Below are positions 52,180-64,000 of a stretch of DNA of 64,000 nt, piece by piece. A model generated the notes under the pieces. The model worked only from the letters and a program-made list of their open reading frames with translations, was not told the origin of the DNA and did not search any database. This stretch comes from Octopus vulgaris (lineage: Eukaryota), in assembly GCA_951406725.2 (NCBI GenBank), contig OX597816.1, positions 147,808,001 to 147,872,000 on the forward strand. The letters run 5' to 3'. The position numbers and the translations under genes were made by a program. Position 1 is the first letter of the stretch. Each line of letters begins with the position of its first letter.

Positions 52180-55176
52180 CCATACTTACGCACATATATA
52201 TGTGTGTGTGTGTATGCATGTGTGTGTGTGTTTGTGTATATAAGCATAAATGTAGATATATTCAGCAGTATATTGGTGAAATTGTTTTATTATTTATTGC
52301 ATGCAACAGGAAACTGAATTTACTATGGAAAATATAGTGTTAGACAAGTCTATTTTTCACTGGGAATATATGTTCGCTGTCTGAATAGGAATCGTCTAGT
52401 ATAAATAACTTAATCATACTTTCATATGAACTCAATACAAGATAATAGTTTGTTTCCGCTAATGCAAGAATATATTTATATTTATGATGAAACCTGATCT
52501 ATTCTACGTTAATCATATAAAATCTATATCATTTTATAAACTTGAGGCTCTTAGCAACACTTTTGTTATATCTTATTTCAAATATATCGGCCGCGATACT
52601 AATTTTTTTTCTAATTCATTTATAAACTGCCGTGAGAAAAGAGAGGGCAGCACTAATATTGATTTTTATAAATACTAACATAATTATGTATCGATAATTG
52701 TTTTAGTTATATTCTCATTTGTTTTGTTTTTCGCTTGTTTTCTTATATATACTTTCATATATAATGAGATGTTATATAGCCTCAACTTAAAGGGAATGAG
52801 GGAAAATTATAAGTACATAAGCATTGCACATGGCAATCGAAAAATCTTTATTGTCCATGCAATAACGGTATCTATCTCATCTCACTACAACCTAAGTGTC
52901 GTAACTCGAAGTTAAAGTAGTCAACACCATAGCAAAAAAGTTAAGAGCAGCTAAGATTTTTTACAACGCTCTCTGTAGGCTAATAAATATAGAATTTCAC
53001 CTTGACATATCTACTAACAAATGTTACTCATCTCAAGGAAATCAGTGACTTATATAATCACAGCAAATATTATGACTTTCCGAAAACACATATTGCTTAG
53101 AAAAATATTGGAAGAGAATATTGAAGCCTCTAACTATATTGCAATTTTCTGTACACGTTGCTAGATAAATTTTCTTCATATCTCTTACTTTCAGAGATCT
53201 ATATAGGAGAAAAGGCAAAACTCAGACTGTTCAATTTTATTAACAGTCTGGATGTTGTTTTTTTCTCTCTTCCTTAACTTGATCCTTTCTTGTGTGAAAT
53301 GAATTCAACCATGTTTTCTCCCAAGAGCAACGGACCAGCTCTGCCATTTTTTATAGAAATTGAAAGCAAATACCCATTCCTTTCAAGGAAACTCGTATTA
53401 CTCAGTCTAATGAAGATAATATTAAAACATAACGTAAATATATTCTCTGGGTCACGTGAAAATTCTGTAAACCTTTTATGTGCTTTCGGTATAATCATCC
53501 AAAGTAAAAAGTTTACAGCGGAAATGTAAGGATATTTTTCAGTTATAAATAAATGTATGAATTTGTGTCGTAAATAAATATAGTAATAACGTTTTACATT
53601 TTAATACTCTCTGAAATGATAATAAATTCTACTAGGAGTTAAAGAAATTATATATTTCTTTGCAGATCTAGAGAAACATTAAAAAAAAATTATGGAAAAT
53701 ATATTATATTATGCGTAGATATTTCTTTCTCAAAAACCAAATACCTTAAAGTAATAAATATCATTTAACGAAAAAGGAATATAATTGCTCATAACCAAAA
53801 AGATTCTTTTTAGACAGCCGAGAAATATAATCTCTCACAGAAATATATTTTATCTAATGTATTAATGCATACATAAATATGACGTCTTTGTGGAATAAAA
53901 TATTATACATGTGATTTTGAATAGTTGAGAATGCATTTGCTCATATTCACACCAGTAGCACTAGTGAGTTTAATATCTTTAACTCATAAATTGTATGAAT
54001 GTGTGTATGTGTGTGTGCGCGCGCGCGCGGAGAAGATATAGTGCTCTGTCTATACTACCAAATCATATTAAGTAATGTAAAAAGATTTGTGTCTATTCCC
54101 TTATATTCTATCATTGTATTAGAAAGAGATTTTACACATTATTTTCTTCCCTTTCTCTTATTTATTTATTCATTTGATTTGAAGTGCCCTTAATCTTGAT
54201 AACCCGAAGGAGACCAGATTGAGATTAAAATTTTATCCCTTGTTAATAAATTGCGTCTAACTTGTAATATCTACAGATATTGGCTACACGTTCTAGCTCA
54301 ATATAAACTGACTAGTTCTCATCACACTGCACGAGGGCTATTAATGGCTGCAGGACATTTTCATTGTTTTCTTTTTTGTAATCAATATAGATTACTCCAT
54401 AAACTGATAACTATATTTACATGTTCTGGCTTCAAATAATGACACCGAAATATGATATTCGCTCTTATTATACGAACCTCCATAAACGCAAGAAAAACAT
54501 ATTGTGAAAATAGAAACGCGTTTTTGTATCAAAATCAAGTAACGAGATACAACAACTAATAACGAGAATTTCAAAGTGAAAATATGCATGTGGCTTCAAC
54601 ATTATATACAGAAAAAACATTGCAAATCTTTCATGCTTCACACAAGCCATTAACAATATAATCCTTGAATAAAGAATGGAACAGCATTTTAGTAATGCTT
54701 GTGAAAGAGTAATTGATTTTTCGTCCCACAAAATATCACTTCATATGACAAATGAAAAACAAGGACAAGCATCTTTACAAATTATTGTTAACCTGAGCAG
54801 TCAAGGATCCTTTGATATCATTATTTTTTTCTATTCATAAAGCAGAAATCTATTATTCTTATAAGATGATTATTTTGATAAAGACGATCATATTTAGTAT
54901 GTGTTTTAACATGTGGTTACATGATTCTGAGGAAAAAATGATAATGAAGAAATATTAATAATAATTGTGATAATCTTTTATTTATATACCACAAGGATAA
55001 CAAAGGCATGCATACATTGCAATAAAATACAAAACTGTTTATTTTTTCAATAAAGAACGTTATCACAAGAATAAACATTCATGAGATATACATAAACATA
55101 TGAATATAAAACACGATGTTTCACAAGTTTGAAGATTAAACAGATTCACATACATATTACCGCATAATACATATAC

Positions 55177-55223
<47 letters not shown>

Positions 55224-55785
55224 TATGAGTGTGTGTGTGTGTGTGTGTTTATGCATATGTTTGTATATATGTATAAAAGAAGGTAGGTAGGAAGGTAGGT
55301 CGGTAGTTATGTAATTTATGCATGTATGTATGTGTGTACATCTAAGAGAAACAGAACGGGTAGCGAATTGGCACAGACGTTAAAACATGACATATAGTTC
55401 CTTACTGCATTTGCTCGGAGTTTCTGGAATTTGAGATCAAATACCATCGAGGTCAGTATTACTTTCATTATTTCGAGGACAACAAATAAAATACAAATCT
55501 AGAGAAATGAATTTAGTGAAACTGTACAGCGTCAGATAAGATAGATTGAGGCATCTGTTTCGGATTATGTGTTCTGTGTTCGAATCCTCTACCGTACTGG
55601 AGCAACGCCTGTATTAACATCATTAGAACCGTAGAAATCTAATGCAATGCGTAAAACAGCAAAAAAGGAAGAGCTTCAACGAACTAACAAGCTGTGATCT
55701 GATTTTATACAATGACATGCATCCGGTCAGGGTGGCAGGATTTTTACAAAAAACCATACAGATACAAAAATACACACAACACATA

Positions 55786-55828
<43 letters not shown>

Positions 55829-56112
55829 GCACATACACAAACACGCACGCACACACATTCATGAAATGCCACGCTGGATTTCTCATTGATTTCTCTATTT
55901 ATTGATTTCCAAATTAAACTCAAATCAATAGAAAATAAATTTTATGCTGTGAACTACATGTTGCGCAAAGACTTTCAGCAGCGTAATGCTTCTGCCATGT
56001 AGGTATTCCTATATGTATTCGTAAAACATAAACAGAAATAAAAAAAAAAGATATTCATACATTTATACATGCATATACATACATATCTGTCTGGGTGTAT
56101 GCATAAATATGC

Positions 56113-56160
<48 letters not shown>

Positions 56161-56187
56161 ATATGTATATATATATATATATATGTG

Positions 56188-56239
<52 letters not shown>

Positions 56240-56243
<4 letters not shown>

Positions 56244-56448
56244 ACAATTAAGGATAACTTCTTAATAAGGAATCTTAACAAGAAATTATCAGGTAGTTAG
56301 CGTGAAAAACCTTATAAGAGAAAAATTCGAAAATAATTTTTTCTTTAGAACATATTAATTTATATTGTATAGAGGGCATTATTACACATAAATGCCTCAC
56401 ACTTAGAGGGACATAAGTCATTACTACCAAAATTTCACTAATCGTACC
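56240..56448 (+). mobile_element. Partial copy of the 1797-2556 family
   Basis: Highly similar to 1797-2004; begins directly after (TA)n. Confidence 0.85.
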
Positions 56449-56599
56449 TAATAAAAATATATAAATGTATGTATCTATTTATGTATGTATATAACATAAA
56501 GAATGTGGCTGGACTCATTTTAAAACCAAAGGTAATCAATTTACAGCCATTAAAAGTGACCAAGGGTACCGTGACCACCAGCATTGCCAGAAACAGGAG

Positions 56600-57640
56600 T
56601 CAAAGTCTCCTTAGCCACAAAAAGTCACATGTTCTATTTGAACTGACAGGGAAGACAACACACCCCACGGCAAGCGAGCTGCATTAGATTAGCATACTGA
56701 TTTCGTATAACAGATTAATACTCATCACTAATGCTTACTCCAGTAACGGGAGATTAAATTCACGCCTTTCAGTATTATCAAAATTACCATAGAAATCAGT
56801 GATTGATTCAACAAAATGGTAATGTGCTAATTATGAAATACTAAAGGTGCTGGACGCAATTTAAAACCAAAAACTGAGTAGGGAACCCCAACTACCAGTC
56901 TCGATTCGGAAAACTCATAGCTGCCAAACTTTCTCTTTGCAATCGTGCCGAAGGCTCCCGTGCTTAGCATGCTTCAATTCGTGAACTGATTTCACACTTC
57001 TTGTGGGTTTAATCAAGGTCATTTCTTGTTCTTTACAGACCACAGAACCACATCTGGTCTCAGGATTTTATGGACGACCTGTGTAAACTGCAGCCTCTCT
57101 CCCCCATGTCCATTTTAACATCCTAATTGGGGTCCACGCAGCAAACTATGTGTTTTTCTGCTGCAATTACTGGTCTCTCGCCACTTTTCACGAACATAAT
57201 TGCTGCTGTTGCTTCCCTCTGATGATGTTTCTTGAGCCTTTCGTACTCCAGGGCGTGAGCGAGTGTAGCAAGCATCCTGTCATGGTGCTACTTGTATCAT
57301 CCGTGAGGGAGCGCTATTCTGCGCCCTGGCAAGATGTGTGCTAGCGTGCTCCTTTCTCCACAATGTCTACACAGATGTTCGTCTCGCAAACCCCATCTAT
57401 GCAGGTTTGTTGGCGTTGAGAGTGTGTCATATACCGCCCGCAGCAAGAAGGAAATACAGAAAAGTTCCAGTCTCCACAGGTCTTTCCATGTGATCTTCCT
57501 CTTAAGGAGGTCCCATTTAGTTCAGGCACCCTGAGATACCAGCTCGACAGCTCTTGAATTTATTCTTTGTCCCTCCTGATTCTACACTTCTGCCTGGGTC
57601 TTGGACCTCTCCTGCTTCATGTTCGCCTGTTTCCATTGTT
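56600..57640 (-). mobile_element. Decayed 3' part of a HERO-type RLE non-LTR retrotransposon
   Basis: Minus strand: RAVELVSQGA*TKWD, KITWKDLWRLELFCISFLLRAVYDTLSTPTNLHRWGLRDEHLCRHCGERSTLAHILPG..ALPHG*YK*HHDRML, LRPDVVLWS, FRIETGSWGS, FLWLRR. Confidence 0.8.
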
Positions 57641-58834
57641 GTAAGTGGTAAGAACCGAGACTCTGGCGACTTCTGCACGTAACTGCATATATTATATATA
57701 TATATACATATATACATATGAGGGCACATTGCCTAGAATTCCGAGTGATGCATTCACGATCTCAAGATCCTGGTTTCAGTCCCTGGCCCAGGTGGTGCAT
57801 TCTGTTCTTGAACAAAACACTTCATCCCACGTTGCTCTGTGATGACGTCGACACCTGACATGTAGTTCACTGTGCACCTATTCAGGCAACGTCGATTAGA
57901 TGGAGTTAGTGATCTAATGTAAAGCACATTTGATCAATATACAAAAATAATTTGAGCAGTTCTTTCAAGAACAACTGAACTACAGATCACTCATACATCG
58001 TCTTCGACTATAGGTTCCATTTTATATGCATATATGTGTGTGTCTATATTTATTGGGCTCTGGCAGTACCCTTAGCGGCATTTTGACCGCTTGTATGTTC
58101 CGAGTTGAAAATTCCGCTGAGGTCGACTTCACCTTCCATCCCTTTCGGTAAAATGACTACCAGTTCAGTACTCGGGTCGATTTATCCAATCCCTTGAAAT
58201 TGCTGGAAATATTTTAATATTTTGAATTGTCATGCGCACCTCAATTGCCTTGCGGTGCACAGATGGTTTCCCCTATCAAATGGCTATGTTTTTTCACACA
58301 TTACATAAGATAAAATTGAGGGTGTAATGGCGGACGAAAAGTCCAGTATATAGAATGCTAGAAAGTGATGAACATATATCGCAACATTAACTGTCTCCGA
58401 TATATAGGCATTTATCGAGAACGTTTTCCTTTTTAAATAAATATGTTTTAATCAATAAATACGAACGGAAACTTAAAAGCAAAGTTGTACGTAATTTAAT
58501 CAGCAGTTTCGCACGTAGCAGGTATTAAACTTTTGATAGTCTTATGCACTAAACTTTAGCCTTTCAGTCACGTCTTTGAAAGTGACTGATAAAGATATAA
58601 TATGAAGCAGTGCATCTTCGATTCGATTGAAGTGTGTGCTTTAATAAGCCACAATAATGGCGAAACATCGGTGCCCACCACTCTTGGATTCGATCCGAGA
58701 TGAGTTGTTACATCTAGTCTATAATTTGCCTGTGTTTTAACAGTCAGAGGTATTAGAGAGTATCCCTAAATATAATCCTGCAGCAAATATGGTGTATGAA
58801 CAAGACACAGATATTTTGCATAAGCGATTCGATT

Positions 58835-58891
<57 letters not shown>

Positions 58892-60327
58892 ATGTGTGCA
58901 TGAATTTTTGGGACTATGAAATAAACGTTAGGCTTCAATGTCCCCATTTTTTTCGGATGTTACTAACTTGTAGGATATTTCCGTGATATTTCTAACAGAT
59001 CAAACAACCGCTGTTATTTTTAATCGAGAGGATCAGAAAATTACAACACTGCCTATGGGATAACGCCATACTGACACTGCAATCCACCAACTAAGAATGC
59101 AATGCCTGTGTATTAGAAAAGATCATGTTCACACAGCTGTCATACATTTCTTAAGTCATCTAAGAATAACATCTATTTGATGCAACTTTTGTTGTATAGA
59201 AAAGAACTTGATCTTTCAGCTTTTTCTAAAATGTTATCTTCAGCATTATCATCACAATACCTAAGACTTTTCTTGGACATTTTATCGCATCATTTAAAAA
59301 AAACATACCTAAATAGCTTTCTGTTATTCATTTCGCAGTAGATGTTGATGATTATCCCAGTAGACTACTGTAAAATAAACAGTCATTTACTCTTAGATGA
59401 TTTAGAAAGTCAAGTGGATGATCATATCAGTTGGAAAATGCCTTGTGTTATCAGGTTACATTTCTTTAGATTCTGGTTTCAAATTCTGCCGAGTTCTTAT
59501 TTACCTTAAATAGTCGACTTTTAGATATAACAACCATATCATCCAGAAATAACATTCACCGCCATCTCAAAATAATTAAAAGCGATATTGGATGCCGTAG
59601 ATGTAGAGACACAAGTTAAAACACTAATAACTGTGGGAAGGCTAGAATATTTTTCCTGATTGATCTGCCGCAGATCTGAGCAGGCGAATGAAACAGAAGC
59701 AAATCATTGGGGACAATTTAATTGACTACAGACTCGAAATGAATTTTCGTTGTATCTTTTCTATGATCCTTGCTCTGATAAAATTGATAAAATTGCTCTG
59801 ATAAAATTTGTGGTCTAGTAACAGCTGTCAAAATCTTTACATATGCCACCAGATTCTCTCCCCGGACGCATCGTTTCTGTTGAATTTCTGCTTAGTCATA
59901 AGTACTTTTATACTAACAGATTTTCTTCAAACTGTTAAATTATGGATTCCACCACCATAGTGTTTTTGTTTTGAATTCTTTTAACCCTGATCTATGATAT
60001 TTAGTCGTTTTAGCATTCTGTCAATCAAGGGCTCCTTTCTTTTCTTCCTTGTAGTCCCTTATTCCACAGTAGCCTCAACTCTTGTCCGGGACAAAACCGT
60101 TTAAGAAAAGGCCTTCATACTTGTGGCCGACTTTATTATCTCTGTTTTAAACAGTTATTTACTTGCTTCTTGTTATTTTCTGATCGGTAAATAATGAATT
60201 ATTCAAATTTTGCGGGCATTTTAATTTATTGTTCCTTACCACAAAACTTATGGCCTTATGTTAATGTAAGAAAAAATATTAACATTACTTCCGAACATAT
60301 TTAGTAAAACATTATCTAGAAAAGATG

Positions 60328-60520
60328 AGGCAGCGAGCTGGCGTAATCGTCACAGTGCCGGACAAAATACCTAGCGTTCTGAGCTCAAGTTCCCTCGAGT
60401 TAAACGTTGCTTTCATTCTTTTGGGGTCCATAAAATAAGTACCAATTCAGTACTGTGGTCAATGATATTAACTTACCCACTTCCCCGAAATTGCTGGCCT
60501 TCTATCAAAATTTGAAATGT
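60328..60520 (+). mobile_element. tRNA-derived SINE (family of 7673-7896), diverged; further diverged copies lie near 23960-24185, 55360-55490 and 58050-58210
   Basis: aggcagcgagctggcgtaatcgt..gttctgagctcaagttcc..gctttcattcttttggggtccataaaataagtacc. Confidence 0.7.
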
Positions 60521-60859
60521 TTATATATTAGGATACACCGATTTTCGAAGCTCTAGGGCAAGACATTAACAATTGAAATAGCATACTAAAACAAATATCA
60601 GGTTTCCATTTTTCGTTGTATAACCCTCTAACTCTTATACAACTCTGCGTGAACGAATCGTTAATGCTTAAAGACCTCACATTTGCACGGATGTGTTACT
60701 AAGCATTCCAAGAGAAATAGTTTATATAATTATTGAAAAGGTATCTAGAAACATAACTGCATTTAATATCTGACTACTACGAAAAAATGTATATCAGCAG
60801 TCAAATTATGATGTCTAGTGGAGGGGGAAGAATTAGATGTATGAGGTGCCTTGAAGAAG

Positions 60860-61460
60860 TTTTGATACTTTTCAGGAAAGACTTTTATTAATTTCAAAAA
60901 AGTAGAAAACTCTAATTTCCTTTAAATTTGGATCCTCTGACTGTAATGCGCTTTTTAGCGCTTCAGTTACTTTAAAAAAGGCCCCATGGAAGTATTCCAA
61001 ACTGAAGGCGCTCAGGACCACTGTCATATCCTTCTTCATCCTTTTAATATTTTCAAAACTGAAGCCTGGGAAACAACCAAAAGTCAAAAAAAGGATAGAG
61101 CTGTGAACAGGCACATGGTACGGGTGCAGGTACCACCGACCCGAATAAAAGAGCTCTGGCCTCTTCCGATGATATTCTCTCCTTGAACTCCCTCAAACCG
61201 CCATTGCTGAACGTCTGGCTAGAGTGGGTGTAGATGATATATTTGCTATCGAAAAATGTTATCATCATGAGCTGTCCGGTGTACTTGCTTTGCTCGGCTT
61301 TCTTGACTCTCTTGACTCTCTTGACTCTCTTGAATAGAAACCTTCCAAGTTGTCTTCCCGTCCAGACTGCAATCTGCAAACTAGTCAGCTGTGACAAGCA
61401 GTTTTTCGTGGGCAATGTTCGAAGTTCTGTTACAATCGTCTCCTTCAGTATGGAATAAAA
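60860..61460 (-). pseudogene. Tc1/mariner transposase relic (mariner-type catalytic region)
   Basis: Minus strand, across frames: KKAEQSKYTGQLMMITFFDSKYIIYTH, KRPELFYSGRWYLHPYHVPVHSS (compare WxLHxDNAPxH), GFSFENIKRMKKDMTVVLSAFSLEYFHGAF. Confidence 0.75.
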
Positions 61461-62570
61461 AAACGTTGGCAGGTCAGCTTATATCTGATGTAAAGTAATA
61501 ATATACTAGAATTAGAATAATCTAGGGCATTAATAACTGCTTCTACTAAAAAAAACTCTCAAAACCTGTGGAATGCACCTCGTATTAAAGTACTTGTACA
61601 TTATGAATTTAGTTACATCCAGCGAAGTTTTGATTTACATTCGTCTTGGATCTATGAATAAGTACTTCTTACTTCCTGTCATTGACAGGAGAACAATCTT
61701 CACTTGAAGACTGGCGGTATTGCCAGAAATATATAATAGTCACAGTGGTGACTTAAAATACTTATGACCGTATTTGTCTCAGTTCTGATCATACCTCTCA
61801 TTCATCTACCTTTGAGAATTTACTAAAATGTAAACATAAATACTCTTCCAAATAGTTAATGTTAATCTAGTATATTATTACTATACATTAGTTACACTAA
61901 TTGAGCCTTCCAGTGATCCTGGGGATTCCAACTATTGCCTCTGGGATTTTTAGAAATATGTAGCCCTACAGCATTTAATTTGCCCTGTCCACATATAATA
62001 AGCTGGGGTGAGATTTAAGGAAAATTTGGCTATTATCTCAAGCATGTCAAGCTTACATGTAATATTGTTGAATGATTTATTTGAATAAATACCGCTTCCT
62101 TAGATTATTGATCGATTGACTATTGAAAAGAAATCAATATTGCATTTCAACAATAGGAATACAGTTCTGGTCTCTGATGTGAGAACTGGATCAATTGAAA
62201 ACTGTTCTTAACGTCCTCTTTTATTAAACAGAGCATCTATCTCGCATTGAACGTAAAGGCAATTCCTCCCATTATGACAAAAAGGAATCCATAATGCTAT
62301 GAGAATTTCTTAGAAATTTGGGAAGATTACTTCTTAAAAAATGAATTCCTCGTGGTTTATACAATTTTAATATTCTCATTCAGATTTATTATCTACTCCG
62401 CAGTTAGGAACTATATCAAAAAGCGAAATAAATCGTTACTCGAAAATCACTTTTTTCAGCGCATTTAGTTCAAAGCAACCGAGGTGCTGTATGTTTGAAG
62501 CTTAGGTAGATCATGCGTGTTGCAAATGTGAATATATAATATACACGAACATGCTCAAAGTGACGTCACA

Positions 62571-62606
<36 letters not shown>

Positions 62607-63764
62607 ATTCACTTTAGCAATGCGCCTGTGGTCATCCTGGAGCACCACCATTATTTTGTATTTTCACATTCTTTTCTGGGTTGATTTCTCAGGGTGGTGC
62701 GATTTCATATCACCATTTCTGTGTGTGATTTGCCAGAGGTTGTTGACCCATTTGGTATATGAGGGTGTTTAAAACTACTCTCTTCATCTGTACCTCATGC
62801 TAGGTCGTTGGTTTATCCGGTATTGTGCAGAGGAGAATGTCCAGTTCCTTACTGGAGACATCTTTGTCTACATTCTGTAAGTTTTAATTTGTTTGGTAGG
62901 GGATTGAAGCAACGTGGGCCTTAGAACCCTAAGCTTTCGCAGTACTTGGTCTTGCCTTTAGATGGGGTGGTGATATCTTTAGTACAATACAATGACGTAC
63001 AGCTCGAACAATCGTATAACACTCAATGCCAAAATTAGGTACCAACCCTTCCGGAATTTTCAATCTGTAAATATTTACATACAGGAGGGGCAGAGAGGGC
63101 GGACGATTTTGAAAATTTCAGAAGATCATTAAATATAGCTGCAAATAAATTTTATTGACATCGGTGTGTTCGTATTGCATTAGCATTTGTAAAAAGCAAG
63201 GGTGGAACTCAACATCCATCATGTGGTGTCTGTTTTCATTGATGCACTTCTGAAGGCTTCCAGTCTACTGTCTACAAAATAAATTGCTAGATACACTTAC
63301 CTGGAGTCCACTGTTTAGTAATGAGCTTGTTTATCTTTAGGGTTCCACTGTGTACATGTGTGGACGGACGACGAGTGTGTACAAGCGGCGGTGGGATTTT
63401 AACATGTTTAACATTGGAATAGAAAATTATGTGGTTTGCCTGTCGTGCGTCGAGCACATCTAATCATACGTTATATGTGTGAATAATGTATGTATGTATG
63501 TATTTATGTATTATGTATGTATATATCTATATATGTATTTATATATGCATGCTGGCATCTTTGAAAGTATAAGCATACCTGTATTAATTTTATATAACTG
63601 TAAAGATACATAAATGGCACAAGTGAGTGTGTACGTATGCGTGTATGCGTGAGTGTATATGTGTGCCTGTTTCTGCGTTTGAGTGCGTCTGTATGTGTCC
63701 ATCTGTTCTTCTATTTTACCGATACGAAGCATCTGCCTTTTACACTAAATAATCATGAGATTTA

Positions 63765-63875
63765 TAAGCTTGCTTCCCAATCACATGGTTCTGGGTCCAG
63801 TCCTAATGTATGGCACCTTTGGCAGGTGTCTTGTACTATAGCATCGGACCGACCAAAGCCTTGTGTGTAGATTTT
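63765..63875 (+). mobile_element. tRNA-derived SINE fragment (family of 6590-6745)
   Basis: aagcttgcttcccaatcacatggttctgggtccagtcc..ggaccgaccaaagccttgtg. Confidence 0.75.
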
Positions 63876-64000
63876 CTACCTTCTACCAAATATAGCCCGT
63901 GTATATATATATGGTGGACGCGCGTGCGTGTGTATGTTTGGCCCAACAGAATCACCACCGCTTGGCAATCGGGATAATTTGCATCCCCGTAACAAAGGTG

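Noticed and set aside
53274-53529. Overlapping 74- and 79-aa ORFs on opposite strands in unique sequence
   Set aside because: No recognisable motif or convincing splice context.
61301-61333. 9-bp tandem repeat giving KRVKRVKRVK
   Set aside because: Local slippage within the dead mariner, not a functional repeat.

Overview
AT-rich eukaryotic genomic DNA dense in microsatellites ((TA)n, (CA)n, (GATA)n, (GAA)n, (TAA)n). The SINE and LINE repertoire suggests a mollusc, probably an octopod cephalopod; this is inferred from repeat content. No intact host gene is visible. The recognisable coding remnants are all transposons: a near-complete 5'-truncated R4/Dong-type RLE retrotransposon sitting in (TAA)n (33.0-35.6 kb), two abutting Penelope-like elements (PLEs) with inverted pseudo-LTRs (11.6-16.6 kb), CR1/L2-type LINE fragments, a HERO-type RLE fragment, a mariner transposase relic and many tRNA-derived SINEs. 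The most notable signal is a dispersed set of about a dozen type I hammerhead-ribozyme (HHR) motifs. They lie in PLEs and in short foldback elements next to (TA)n and belong to several apparently unrelated families. Many have non-canonical cores (CCGAUGA, CCGACGA, CUGUUGA, CUGUCGA), including a G3:C8-swapped core (GUGAACA) present on both strands of one palindrome. A few candidate decayed host exons and duplicated unique blocks are also noted. All structures and translations were read by eye and no database searches were run.
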